A DNA stretch of 64,000 nt from Paraphysomonas bandaiensis. Taxonomy: Eukaryota > Protista > Chrysophyceae. The notes beneath the pieces are model-generated. The model was not told the DNA's origin. It saw nothing but the letters and a program-made list of their open reading frames with translations, and did no database searches. Below, in pieces: positions 36,801 to 50,164 of the stretch. The stretch lies in contig CBFFRP010000410.1 in the NCBI GenBank assembly GCA_965644295.1, positions 186,001 to 250,000 on the forward strand. The letters are read 5' to 3'. The position numbers were made by a program, and so were the translations under genes. Position 1 is the stretch's first letter, and each line of letters opens with the position of its first letter.

Positions 36801-39785
36801 GTTGTTGACTAGTTTGTTCAGGTTCCCCACACTCATCATCTGATTCAGAATCGTCGAGACCATATCGGGAGAAATGTAGTACACGGAACGTCCACTCACC
36901 ACGATCCAAATTATAATCTACAAACTCAGATCCATTTTTCTCACAAGTTTTCTTGAGTTTATCAGAGAATTGCAAATACTTAGCCTGTGTCGAGTTGGCC
37001 TTTGGAAATATGTCATATAGAGTTACGACCGCGGGTTTGTTCAACCCATTTCCTACTTCCGGCTTTTCCGGAAACGACATACCTTCATATACTCCAATCA
37101 TTCCTTTCTCGATATTAACTAGTTCGTCCAGGTTTAAGTTCCGGATATCAGTGTGCCCTTCCCACTCAATAGTGCCTATATTCGGTCGGAAGACGGAAAA
37201 TTGGTACACAGATGCAAGCTCCTCTGGACTCATATCTTTCAGAACACGCATATCCGGTGAAGTGTAATACCCACTCCTTGTAAGTATTGGAGGGTTTGCC
37301 GGTCCAAACTCATCACATCGTGGGCCTCTCTGTCCTGCTTTCGAAGGAGATTTCCGCAAAGGCTTCGGATCAAAAAGGGGAATATCTCGATTCGTTTTCG
37401 TTTCTTCTGAGCCATCAAAATCATCACCAACTGGGAGGCTCCGACCACCGAATCCTCGTGACGACAATGCGGGGGGTTGTGTCACACTTTCACGGGGCTG
37501 CTGAGATTTTGCAGAAGTAGAACTTGAAGAAGAGTGTTTTTGTGGTGTCAACTGCTGTTCCTCTGAATCCAAGTCACTGTCTAATGCGGGTAGAGCAGAC
37601 ATAACGTCTGAGACAGGTGACTGCGTATTTATCACTAGTTTCTTCGTGTGGCGACCAAGAAGTGCTTCAGGGCTTAATACAGAGGGCTCAGTACCAACCG
37701 AAGATGGGGAGATAATCGCAGATAGAGGGCGCTCTCTCGTATCGTCGTATACACTACTGTTTTTCCCAAATCTACTGACAATTCGAGGAGCATGGCGGTA
37801 CGACGAAAGTTCCCCACCAGAATCTTTCGAAGGTTCGGCGGGCACATTATTATCCAAACGGGGATCGGATTTAATTTGCAGTGCCCTTGCCTGAAGAGCA
37901 CGATATTTTGAGTCCATATCCGCTGCACGCATCATCTGTTGTTGTTGCATTACATTAACTTGCCCGGCTTGGCTATACATTTGTTGAGACTGGCCTAGCA
38001 ACCCAGTGCTACCAGCATTTGCTGTGGTAGACCCGAAGCTACTGCCTGCACCAAACCCCCCTCCAGTACCCCCAGAACTTCCAAACCCTCCTTGTCCTTG
38101 ACCAAAAGAGGTTCCAAAACTACTAGCACCAGGCTTACTTGCACCAAATCCACCAGTGGTTAAGCCACCAGTAGTTTGGCTTAGGCTTCCGAAACCTCCA
38201 GATGATTGATTCTGACCAAAACCTGAACCTGAAGCCCCAAAACTGCTACCAGTCTGTTGTTGACCAAACCCAGATTGCGTTTGACCTTGAGCACCAAATG
38301 CACTGGAACCTGTCCCTTTACTTCCGAAGCCACCTGCAGCCCCACCACCAGAACCAAATGACGAAAATGAACTACCACCAAACCCAGTATTACCAGCATT
38401 TGCTGTGGTAGACCCGAAGCTACTGCCTGCACCAAATCCCCCTCCAGTACCTACTTGTCCTTGTCCAAAAGAGCTCCCCGTATTACCAGCAGCGGGTTTA
38501 TTGCCTCCAAACATCCCCTGACCTTGATTCAGGCCAAATCCACCAGATGATTGATTCTGACCAAAACCTGAACCTGAAGCCCCAAAACTGCTACCAGTCT
38601 GTTGTTGACCAAACCCAGATTGCGTTTGACCTTGAGCACCAAATGCACTGGAACCTGTCCCTTTACTTCCGAAGCCACCTGCAGCCCCACCACCAGAACC
38701 AAATGACGAAAATGAACTACCACCAAACCCAGTATTACCAGCATTTGCTGTGGTAGACCCGAAGCTACTGCCTGCACCAAATCCCACTCCAGTACCTGCT
38801 TGTCCTTGTCCAAAAGGGCTCCCCGTATTACCAGCAGCGGGTTTATTGCCTCCAAACATCCCCTGACCTTGATTTAGGCCAAATCCACCAGATGATTGAT
38901 TCTGACCAAATCCACCAGATGGTTGATTCTGGCCAAAACCACCAGTTGATTGATTTTGGCCAAATCCACCAGATGATTGATTTTGGCCAAATCCACCAGA
39001 TGATTGATTCTGGCCAAATCCACCAGATGATTGATTCTGACCAAAACCTGATCCTGAAGCCCCAAAACTGCTACCAGTCTGTTGTTGACCAAACCCAGAT
39101 TGCGTTTGACCTTGAGCACCAAATGCACTGGAACCTGTCGCTTTACTTCCGAAGCCACCTGCAGCCCCACCACCAGAACCAAATGACGAAAATGAACTAC
39201 CACCAAACCCAGTATTACCAGCATTTGCTGTGGTAGACCCGAAGCTACTGCCTGCACCAAATCCCCCTCCAGTACCTGCTTGTCCTTGTCCAAAAGGGCT
39301 CCCCGTATTACCAGCAGCGGGCTTATTGCCTCCAAACATCCCCTGACCTTGATTCTGGCCAAACACACCAGATGATTGATTCTGGCCAAATCCACCCTGA
39401 TTTTGTTGACCAAATCCCCCTGTGGATTGATTCTGGCCAAACCCTCCCTGATTTTGTTGACCAAATCCGCCTGCGGATTGATTCTGGCCAAACCCTCCCT
39501 GATTTTGTTGACCAAATCCCCCTGTGGATTGATTCTGACCAAACCCTCCCTGATTTTGTTGACCAAATCCGCCTGTGGATTGATTCTGGCCAAACCCTCC
39601 CTGATTTTGTTGACCAAATCCACCAGATGATTGATTCTGATTGAATCCAAGAGTATTACCCGTTGTAGAGTTCGCCCCAATTCCAAACCCAGAAGGTGCT
39701 ATACACAGCAACCATCAAACCCACAATAAAATGAATATAATCAATCAAATTTACCTCCTCCAAATGTCCTGCTATTACTAAACAT
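33828..39785 (-). CDS. NUP98: Nup98-Nup96 (Nup145-like) nucleoporin precursor
   Basis: Exon 1 MFSNSRTFGG; ~570 aa FG region; autoprotease domain GYYTSP..GLNKPAVVTL..WTFRVLHFSRYGL; Nup96 part LGRSFRVGW, GMWQWAVFL. Confidence 0.92.
38030..39645. repeat. Coding tandem repeats in the FG domain (~345-bp, 51-bp and 27-bp units)
   Basis: Near-identical ~115-aa blocks three times; GGFGQQNQGGFGQNQS and GGFGQNQSS repeats. Confidence 0.9.
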
Positions 39786-40475
39786 GTGAGATGAGTGTGT
39801 GTATGCGTGTATTACTATCTATGGAATTAAATTAATGATGAGCAGTGCAGACAGCACAGTTCAAAGCTCTCTATTGTAGTGTGTAATGCCAGTATGAGAA
39901 GCTTATTAATAATACAGGAGAGGTATGGTTTGACCTGCAATATCCCCTGGCTTACTAAGGCACCTGGTTGACTATGTATGAATGCAGTCATGAGCACTCG
40001 ACATGCAGTGAGTGTGTAAGTATGTATGTGTATGTATGTATGTATGTATGTATGTGTATGTATGTACTAGCCGTACGCTACGTATATTTGAATACACGCC
40101 ACTCAACAGAGCGTGCCGTATGCGGTAATATACATACACCTTATGGCTCTAGAATACAATACAAGAATACAACAGTATACATGATGTATTCATGGAGTGA
40201 ATGGTATTGAACGCCATAGAAAATACTGCTGTATAAAGAGGTATACTGTATACATGCAGCAGGCGTACTAATGTACTCGTCTATATATACACATCTGTCC
40301 GTATATCTGGACATATGTAGGTACCTACCGGCCCATTCATATACACCAGTCTGTAAGGTGTCGTTAAGAGGCTCAGCTCAATCACTATATTGCACAGAAT
40401 AGGCATACATGAATGATTATAACATACTATTTACTCTTACAAATACTTCTCTCTTTACCTTTGCATTCTGAAGGT

Positions 40476-41105
40476 ATGTCCATCAAAACAAGCCGTTGGA
40501 TCCATCGATTCTGTCAATCAGCAGGCAATGAAGTGCTGGTGGAGGTACCTTACACATATTTAAAAGATGTTATGGTTATAAGTTGGCTCAATGAATACAA
40601 ACGAGTGAAATATTTCCCAGAAGCATTAAGTGTTATAGCAGATGACTCCTATATATTAGCAAAGGTCGACAGGGAGAGTATGCATAAAATAGATGACACC
40701 ACTAAGAGGCTATATTCTCTTTTGCATTCTCGTTACGTAGTTACCAATCAAGGCTTGACTGCTATAATGAATAAATACTCAAATGGTGTGTATGGTGTCT
40801 GTCCTCGCGTTTACTGCAATGGTAGCAAGCTTCTTCCTGTGGGATTACATGATCAGATAGGAATGTCCTCCATGAAGTATTTCTGTCCGAAATGTAGAGA
40901 TGTTTATCATCCGCAATCGTCTTTTCATAAGCGTATTGATGGAGCTGCATTCGGAACAACCTTGCCTCACCTTCTTTTGCAAAAGTACCCTGAGCTTTGT
41001 AGTGAGCAGCCCCAAGAGAAATACGTTCCAAGAATATTCGGGTTTCGTTTACATAGGGATTCTGAAGAGATGAAGATTCATCGTGGAGATAATTCTCTTG
41101 ATTAG
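40476..41105 (+). CDS. Casein kinase II regulatory beta subunit (divergent, apparently intronless)
   Basis: WIHRFC..GNEVLVEVP, LYSLLHSRYVVT..GL, CPRVYC...CPKC zinc ribbon, DGAAFGTT, YVPRIFGF; alternative ATG at 40413. Confidence 0.9.
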   Translation: MSIKTSRWIHRFCQSAGNEVLVEVPYTYLKDVMVISWLNEYKRVKYFPEALSVIADDSYILAKVDRESMHKIDDTTKRLYSLLHSRYVVTNQGLTAIMNKYSNGVYGVCPRVYCNGSKLLPVGLHDQIGMSSMKYFCPKCRDVYHPQSSFHKRIDGAAFGTTLPHLLLQKYPELCSEQPQEKYVPRIFGFRLHRDSEEMKIHRGDNSLD

Positions 41106-41421
41106 CGCTTACTTCTAAACCCTGTTAAATTAGTTAGATTGACTTCGATCACTGCTGTATTATATGTTAATATTTGTGTTTGTAATTCAAAGTTGACTCG
41201 ACTTTAGATTTTTGTGCCTTTTTACTTGTCATAGATCCTATTTCGCGAAGATACAGAATATTACTTATTCTACGACATAAATGTAGCTAGAATTTTCTAC
41301 TTGCGAGAGATGCGAAGTCCAAGCTGAGTTGTTCAATATTTATTTATGTTTTACTGTGGCTTTTCGACTATTGGCATGTGGCTATGTGCAATATACAACA
41401 TATTCAATATATTTCCATTCA

Positions 41422-42537
41422 TTACATATTTTCCGTCCGTTTCAAATTGGCTTTAAACAAAAATATTGGAAGGTGTCTAAAGTCTTTATGAATTAAAGTG
41501 CGCTTCATTCTGCTCAAAACGTAGTGTTAGAACAGAGGAATCTTACCACTCCATTACTAACCTTTCAATGTCGCAAATAGTTTCTAGATTTTCAAAAAAG
41601 GTATTTTCACTGGCATGACGTCTCTGAATAAGCTGTCACTTTAATATTTTCACATATCAGTAGAGCAACTACCTGATATGTCAATAAGACTGTGGTATCA
41701 GCGTCGCATAGGTCACGTATTGTGGAAATAAGGTCTCTATACGAGTCCGCATAAGGACAGGCTGCAACCTACAGATAGAATATAACAGTGCTTCACATAA
41801 CTGTCGCATTCAACAAACTACTCACATCAGAAGCAACTATAAAGTCTGGTTTGTTTCGTTTTGAACCGTGAGCTGAATTGAATCTGAGGATAGCCTCACG
41901 TACATTTTGCACATGATTTTGGTCACCCCTGTGAGAAATTATACCACACGCCCAAGCTGCACATAGTACATACCAGCGCAACTTCAGGGCCTCAATATTC
42001 TCTTCTTTACAGTTTAGCGAGATATTGGTTGACGTCAGTTGCACTGACCCATCATCACCATCCGTTGCAATGACTCTACCGGCACCTGTGATGGAGCAGT
42101 CATCAAACTGTATACAACACCAGTAGAACAATCGTGCTCTACCTGCTAAGGAAGACACCACGGATACCATCCCTGGTCCACAACCTTGATGTATAAAATA
42201 ATCTAGATGCAAGATATATTGATAAGTAAATCTTACCTAACTCAACTATAACTTTGTTTCTGAACTGCAACATCCGTCAAATATATCCTGAAAGGACAAA
42301 TTATACTACCTCGTGATGCATGTTTTCAATATAGTTCGATAAAACAATTGCAGAATCGTACACAGATGCACCGAAGCCAATTTCAGTGCCACCATGTCCA
42401 CCTGGCTGCCATCCCTGTTGAATCCTCACCGTTTGTCCCATACATGTGAATATACGCTCTGGTTCCCTTAAATGATCAGAAAAAGGTGATGTGTGCGAGT
42501 ACACAACCACATCAGTACACTGCCTCGACTCTTGCAT
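41422..42537 (-). CDS. METTL21/Methyltransf_16-family protein lysine methyltransferase, multi-exon
   Basis: GFGASVYDSAIVL, VIELGCGPG across an intron, VIATDG, LRW, FIVASDV, RRHASE. Confidence 0.82.
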
Positions 42538-42623
42538 ATTGAATATGTGTGTATTCACTGCTATCTGTGCACTGTGGTCGATCTACGGCTATCATAAAGC
42601 TATATGCCATATACTTATATATG

Positions 42624-42767
42624 TATCGGCATCCTTTGAATATTTTTGTTCAAAGATGCCTCTAATATTGAGACAATAATTATCTGTATTCTAGCCGTAG
42701 TTGTATATTAGTAATATCGAGTAAATTTGATTCTATTTATTTCCGAAAAATAAGATGCTGACTGCCG
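42624..42767. repeat. ~144-bp dispersed repeat, copy 2
   Basis: Matches 4518-4661. Confidence 0.85.
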
Positions 42768-43236
42768 CACAACAGTCTACACTGGCATGCTATATATACG
42801 TACACAATTGAGGAAGAATATTCGAATGTTCCGTACACGAAAAAATCCATCTTTTCATGTCATCAAGTGAACAAAAAACATCAGATATTTATATATTCCC
42901 TACTAATTATCGGATTTTGTATATAAAACCCATATATTCTCCCTAACACCTACAGCAACTCAGAAGGTGTGGAGTGTGGTCTATAGGTACAGTATACTGT
43001 GGCCATACACAGATGTCTGTGGACAATAGCCTTATATATATGTACAGTGTACAGCAGTAGATAGAGCGGGAGTTTACTATAGATAGTGACCTAAAAGTGG
43101 TGACATAAAACATCTTGTGCACTATAACTAATTTAAACATCACCGAATGCACACATGAGTGGTATGAGTATTACCCCACTATAATTCGAGCATATTGCTA
43201 GTAATCTGCTGTTCATTCGCTGATATCTTTGCAAGT

Positions 43237-44865
43237 ATGCCTGCAGTTAGATGGAATGCACGTCAATGTGCACAATACACAGCTGATACACTGTTTATTC
43301 TCACTCCTCTATTATTAGGTGATGATATTGCATTGCATTGCATTACTTGCATCTAATCTATATGGTCAACTCTTATGTATGTAGCATGCGGTGTTGTGTT
43401 CTACAGTTATGATCTGTATAGCAATGGAAATAAAGAGCATTTAGTTGCGTGGTTCTCTGTGAGTATCAGTTATATATGGTTACTATTATCTTATCATCTC
43501 TTCAGGCTGGAGGATTTGTTTTGATTACTTTCCCACTGTCTCTTTATTTAATTATCCAGCACTTGGTGCACTGGTGAGCCCACATGGCATATAATGCTGT
43601 ATTAGTAATTATTATACACAGGAATATGCCGAAAGTGCAGAAGTATGTAGTCAGAATAATATGGATGGTCCCTATTTATAGTATTGAGTCGTGGTGCTCT
43701 CTTAGGTTTCGTGAATTTGCTCTATACATCGAAACTGTGCGGGAGTGTTATGAAGCATATGTGATATATAGTTTCATGTACTTCCTAATAGCACTACTGG
43801 GAGACGAGAAATCCTTACTAGACATACTTCTTAAAAAACCTAGGGAGCGTGGAAATCATTTTTATCCTCTGAACAAAATATTTTCTGCCTGGGAGCTGGG
43901 CCAAAACTATATGCATCATTGTAAGTTAGGTGTATTCCAATATGTCATAATCAAGAACATCACGGCTGCTGCCATAATTGTGCTTCACAAGCACGATCTC
44001 TATGGAGAGGGAGATTTTAAGCTCCACCGTGGATATATATACATATGCGTAATCGACACTATGTCTCAGCTGTGGGCGCTCTATTGTCTATCCATGTTCT
44101 ACACAACTTTCTCCGAGGAACTGACTCCGTGGAGACCAGTTGGGAAGTTTTTGTCGGTCAAATTGGTGATATTTTTTACATGGTGGCAATCAATTCTAGT
44201 AAATATGGCGGCAGCTTGGGATGTTTTGCCTGATGAGTACGGAGGCTGGACACTTGAAGAGATTAATAAAGGCCTTCAAGACTATCTCATATGCATCGAA
44301 ATGTTTATAGCAGCCTTGGCATTCCACTTTACATTCTCCTACAAAGATTTTACGAAGTGTAGAATTAAAAAGGTACAATATTCATATTATTCTTAATATA
44401 TTAATGTATACCCTATAGCGCTTACCGCTGAATTCTAATACCGGTGATAATGCCGTGCAGTTGGACCGCACAAGTGACTCCGACGGGGACGAAGGAGAAA
44501 TTTCAAGCACTGAAAGAAAACCATTTCTGACAGCACTGTTGCAGAGCTCTTTACCGGATGATATGGTTGCAGACTTTCGCAAAATAACCACTGGGCAAAA
44601 ATTGTACAGAGCCGTAACTCACGATATCGAAATGTCTCCGGTAATGGAAGGCCTACTCTCTAACTGGACAATGCTTCCTGTGGATGATGCTTCAGTAGAT
44701 GGAGATCTTAGTATTGATAGATTGTGTAACAATTCTGTTCTACACGAATTTGTTAGTGATGCTACAGAGCTAGGTACTCGTCAGATTGTAGCTGAAGATA
44801 GTGATAGTTGTCAAGATAGCGATGTATTTAGTTCTAGATCATGCTCTGATGAACCTTCAATATAG
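43237..44865 (+). CDS. TMEM184 / OST-alpha family membrane protein, multi-exon
   Basis: QKYVVRIIWMVPIYSIESW, RECYEAYVIYSF, KFLSVKLVIFFTWWQ, LQDYLICIEMF. Confidence 0.92.
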
Positions 44866-45055
44866 CAATCGCTGCTAAATATTTTGTTCATTATGCATGT
44901 TAACGTCGAAATTGTTGTCGATTGTGAATTATTTATTGTTGTTTTTTTAAAATATATACATGTTGATTTATAAAATTATTCTCTATAATACAACCTTGCT
45001 CTCTGTTGGGATATATATATTATATATTGCCGCTCGAAATTGTAGAAATTTATAT

Positions 45056-46140
45056 GGGATCTATTTTTCGACCTAGTCAATTTGGTGGAATTTCCTAGTC
45101 AGACCAAAATTGGTTGAAAAACCTAGTCAAAAGGTTGAAAAACCTAGTCATTAAATAATTAGATTTTTAACTTTACAATGACTAGGTGGAATAGGGTATT
45201 CACCTAGTCAAACGTGGGAGCATACTCTAGCAAATATTGCATGCATGCAATATTCAATGTGCATCATATATTTCAGCATCGTATCTTAGGATGGACAAAT
45301 ATCTCATCAGGGGCATCAGAGAACCGACGCTGCCATCGAAAACCTTTCTCGCTCTTGTATACACAGACTTTGACATGAAAACCCCTCTTTTTTCTTAATC
45401 GGTCTAGAAGCATGGGGTATTCATGCCCTCCTGGAAGTCAAAGCAGTCGCTCATTCAACAAGCAAGTCGCTGAAGGAAGGTAGGCGATCTCACTCATAGC
45501 GATTGAAGATCTCCAGGTGTCTGTCTACAAATATTCATGGGGGTATGTCCACAGCACAGCTACACTGACCACTCCTTGTCAAGATATGACACAATTGGAT
45601 GATTAGTAAGTTAACTGGACGTGTATTCACTCGTTAATCAAGTTAAGATAAGAGAAGATTATAATAAATATAATAAACAATATATCACGTTATCTCTACT
45701 ACCACTCATTTCTAGTACGATCTTACATCGTCATGATATCATTTCTTATAATACAGTTAACCACTACTGTATTCTCCAGTAACCGTCATAATTCCAATAT
45801 CTAAGAATTACAGCTCAAACAGCAAAACTCAACACTCCTCGTCCTCATAACGCTGATAAGAGACCCATCGTACACTAATAAGCTATACAGATATGCTGCA
45901 TATACATACACATACACTGTTATGTAGTTATGTAGATATGAATGAATTGTTATGTTTGTTGTGATGCTCTACGAGCCATCAATATGTTGTGTGGTGTGTG
46001 CGCGTATCTTAGACAGTCGCAATGTGTAATCAATGGATATAAGAACGACTAGGTTTAATACTATAATTGGCTAGGTTTTACACCGAAAATGGAATGACTA
46101 GGAAATTCCACCAAATTGACTAGGTTGAATAATATATCCC
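45056..46140. mobile_element. Mutator-like (MULE) non-autonomous element / MITE, 1085 bp
   Basis: 46-bp TIRs starting GGGAT (43/46 identical), repeated subterminal CCTAGTCA, perfect 9-bp TSD AATTTATAT (45047-45055, 46141-46149). Confidence 0.9.
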
Positions 46141-46467
46141 AATTTATATATATCACCAATGTAGAAATTGCTGCAGAGGATCTGAGGAGAGTTATTGCGC
46201 ATTATGTCAAACATACCTTCATCCATTAATACAGAGGACATAACGGATATCTAGTACACAAGTGTCGACTCATTGTTGGCCTCTTCTCACCACTATGTGA
46301 AAAATATAAACTTGAGTGGCATCATTTCTGTTCAACACATAATAATTATTATAGAACAACAACATCAAATCCAAAAAACTTTACCACTATGACATGCGTA
46401 ATAATCTACTGGTGTGGACCCAAAATAAGAAATCGCTGAAACTATATCTATCTTGGCATTTAAACGG

Positions 46468-47547
46468 CTATCTATACTTTGTGGCGGCATGACCGCTATG
46501 CGCCTTCAGCGCTTTCGGTTTCGCTATAATATTTCTGCATTTGGGTATATGTCTGGCAGCTGCAGTTTCGTTAAACTTTCTTCCGCATGTAGGGCACTCT
46601 ATATAGCTGGAGTAGACTGGGTCTTCCTGTGTTGGTGCATGAGCTGGAAGAAGCTGGTGCAGAGGAATACCAGTGCGCTGAGACTCCTGCTGAGCTTTAG
46701 TCACCTGACGAGCAGCCCGAATGGCGGCACGTAAGGAAGCACTGTCATGTTTCCACTTAGATCCTGCACTTCCACTGCTGGACCTTCCACCTCTTTCCCC
46801 TCCTCGTTGTCCTCCCCTCCGTTGACGTACGCATCCCAAGTCCGTGCCTCTTGCACGAGCAGCAGCAGAATCGAACACTTTCCGCTTCTCAACAAACACC
46901 TTACGGCAAACGCGGGAGTGCCGTGCAAATGCCTCATCCGTGAAGGTGCGTCCACAGTCTGCACACCGATTTAACATTGCAGGTGTGAATTCACCCATAC
47001 CCTCTCCTGTATCAGGATATGCCAAGGAGCTTGAAGGGCTTTCCCGAAGTGACTTTGCAACGCTTGCAGGAGTAGAACTCGTATGTCGGAGAGAAGAGGG
47101 AGGGAGCTTTCGGTGATTCTCATTACTACCCATTGTATTAGCCAGACTTCGATTGACCTGGCCTCCAACTGATCGAGCAGGATTATCCGCACGACAAGAT
47201 CTGTTATGAATAGCGAGTTTATCAGGAAGAAATTTTCTTCCACAAAATTGGCATTGCAGTAAACTCTCATTATAGACTTGTTGAGAGATGTTACTGATCT
47301 TATCGAGTGCACTAGAGCTGAACTGGTCTAGTGACTTGCCTGATAACATACCCGATAGAGGGTCACGAGGAGCCTGTCGTCTCTCTCTAATGGGTTTTAA
47401 TGCTTCTCTCTTCTCAAATAAGGCCTTGCATTGCTCTACATGATGAGAGTATCCGGCTATAAGCGTCTGTCTCCCGCATATATAACATACTCTGGATCGA
47501 GGGGCACGAATGTTTCTTTTAGGTGATTCAATATGCATGATTATCAC
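46468..47547 (-). CDS. C2HC zinc finger protein (zf-C2HC_2, ZC2HC1/ZNF474-like)
   Basis: CYICGR..H..QC, CQFCGRKF..H.RSC, CADCGRTF..H.RVC, CPTCGRKFNETAAARHIPKC; start uncertain. Confidence 0.85.
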   Translation of the reverse strand: MIIMHIESPKRNIRAPRSRVCYICGRQTLIAGYSHHVEQCKALFEKREALKPIRERRQAPRDPLSGMLSGKSLDQFSSSALDKISNISQQVYNESLLQCQFCGRKFLPDKLAIHNRSCRADNPARSVGGQVNRSLANTMGSNENHRKLPPSSLRHTSSTPASVAKSLRESPSSSLAYPDTGEGMGEFTPAMLNRCADCGRTFTDEAFARHSRVCRKVFVEKRKVFDSAAARARGTDLGCVRQRRGGQRGGERGGRSSSGSAGSKWKHDSASLRAAIRAARQVTKAQQESQRTGIPLHQLLPAHAPTQEDPVYSSYIECPTCGRKFNETAAARHIPKCRNIIAKPKALKAHSGHAATKYR

Positions 47548-47928
47548 TCTACAGTCTCTGCCATATGCAAGTCTAGTGATTGTATGAGTGTGTTAACTGC
47601 CTATAGTGTGAGGTATGTATAAGGGATGGATATATCTTCAAGGGACACTTATAGACTTCTATAGTATACACATATGAATATATGATACGGTATGTATAGA
47701 GGATAGTAATATCTTAGAGGGACACCGGAAGACTTGGATAGTATATAGATATGAGGAGCGTCAACAGAGAGAAGAGCATCAGTGTTGGAGTAAGTGTGAT
47801 GAAGGTATCGGTATGTTAACGTGTGTAAGAATCTCTAGATGAGATGGCGAGATCGAAGCGGCATTGTATATACTGTAACAGATATGAGGATATCAACTCG
47901 AGAACTACTGTACATAAACATCTAGATA

Positions 47929-49109
47929 ATACATACATACATACATACATACATACATACATACATACATACATACATACATACATACATACATACATAC
48001 ATACATACATACATACATACATACATACATACATACATACATACATACATACATACATACATACATACATACATACATACATACATACATACATACATAC
48101 ATACATACATACATACATACATACATACATACATACATACATACATACATACATACATACATACATACATACATACATACATACATACATACATACATAC
48201 ATACATACATACATACATACATACATACATACATACATACATACATACATACATACATACATACATACATACATACATACATACATACATACATACATAC
48301 ATACATACATACATACATACATACATACATACATACATACATACATACATACATACATACATACATACATACATACCTACATACATACATACATACATAC
48401 CTACATACCTACATACATACATACATACATACATACATACATACATACATACATACATACATACATACATACATACATACATACATACATACATACATAC
48501 ATACATACATACATACATACATACATACATACATACATACATACATACATACATACATACATACATACATACATACATACATACATACATACATACATAC
48601 ATACATACATACATACATACATACATACATACATACATACATACATACATACATACATACATACATACATACATACATACATACCTACATACATACATAC
48701 ATACATACCTACATACATACATACATACATACATACATACATACATACATACATACATACATACATACATACATACATACATACATACATACATACATAC
48801 ATACATACATACATACATACATACATACATACATACATACATACATACATACATACATACATACATACATACATACATACATACATACATACCTACATAC
48901 ATACCTACATACATACATACATACATACATACATACATACATACATACATACATACATACATACATACATACATACATACATACATACATACATACATAC
49001 ATACATACATACATACATACATACATACATACATACATACATACATACATACATACATACATACATACATACATACATACATACATACATACATACATAC
49101 ATACATACA

Positions 49110-49138
<29 letters not shown>
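47929..49138. repeat. ~1.2-kb (CATA)n microsatellite with sporadic CCTA variants
   Basis: Directly visible array. Confidence 0.98.
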
Positions 49139-49141
<3 letters not shown>

Positions 49142-49190
49142 GTCCTCAGGGTGTTAGTATTAACTCTCTGTGTATCTTCATCTGTCTACA

Positions 49191-49737
49191 ATGTTCTACG
49201 AGTATCTTGACCCCACAGAATTATCAGAAAAACTAAGTAACGATGATATCGCTATAGTTGATGTCCGTGACGAGGACTTTAACTCAGATGGTATGGCCGT
49301 TAGCTTCATACTCTCATCATATCACTGTATATATAAGGACACATTCCTCATGCTGTCAATGCCCCATCTGAGAAGTGGGATGATGATGAGATGGTCGATA
49401 ATCTCATCAAGAGTCATGAACAGAAATCTATGGTAGTGTTTCATTGTCGTATGAGTCAAGTACGAGGCCCCTCATGTGCTACAAGGTACAGGCTGTCACT
49501 ATACTCGAACCAATCAGTAATGTGATGTGATGTATTACAGGTATATTGAGCGAAGGGCGGAGCTATTGGGTGGAGATGTAAACGACCCACAATCTTTGCC
49601 CAAAGTGTGAGTTACTGTATTTTCCCACCTTCATTACATTAATATTTCCTGGCTCTGTATATAGTACGGTTCTTGCTGGAGGATTCAAGAGATGGAAGCA
49701 ACTGTATGGTGAAACGGAAGGGAAAATTGAAAATTAA
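49191..49737 (+). CDS. Small Cdc25-like rhodanese phosphatase / ACR2-type arsenate reductase, multi-exon
   Basis: IVDVRDEDF..GHIPHAVN, VVFHCRMSQVRGP (HCx5R), VLAGGFKRW; stop ends at 49737. Confidence 0.87.
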
Positions 49738-50164
49738 AGGGGAACATTCTATCTAGAGATGTGGTATTTGTAAATGAGATATTGTTTCCAATTTCTCGTT
49801 TAAGTCATATTCATCATCCTAACGTAAAATACTGATATTTTTAGAGAATTTGAGCTCTTGTGATTTGTTAGAGATATTTTCGGAACCGTCAATCATATGA
49901 AAAGAGTATTAGTATTATTATGAGATTTTAAATTCATATGTACTTTTCTTACATTGTTTCATAGGGTTACCTAATAAGTGAAATATTCGTAATGATATTA
50001 TATATTATGATCCACATTCTCATAATAGAGTTTGTACTTTGTACTAGTTAGTTACAGGTAGACTTTATATCTTATTTCTCTGAGACACAATCGAGCCCAC
50101 CTAGTCCTGTCAAAGGATAAACCAAAAAGCACATTCATAATCTAGATTCTACAGTACCAAAAAC

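Noticed and set aside
38181-39686. Alternative-frame and antisense ORFs over the Nup98 FG region
   Set aside because: By-products of the coding tandem repeats.
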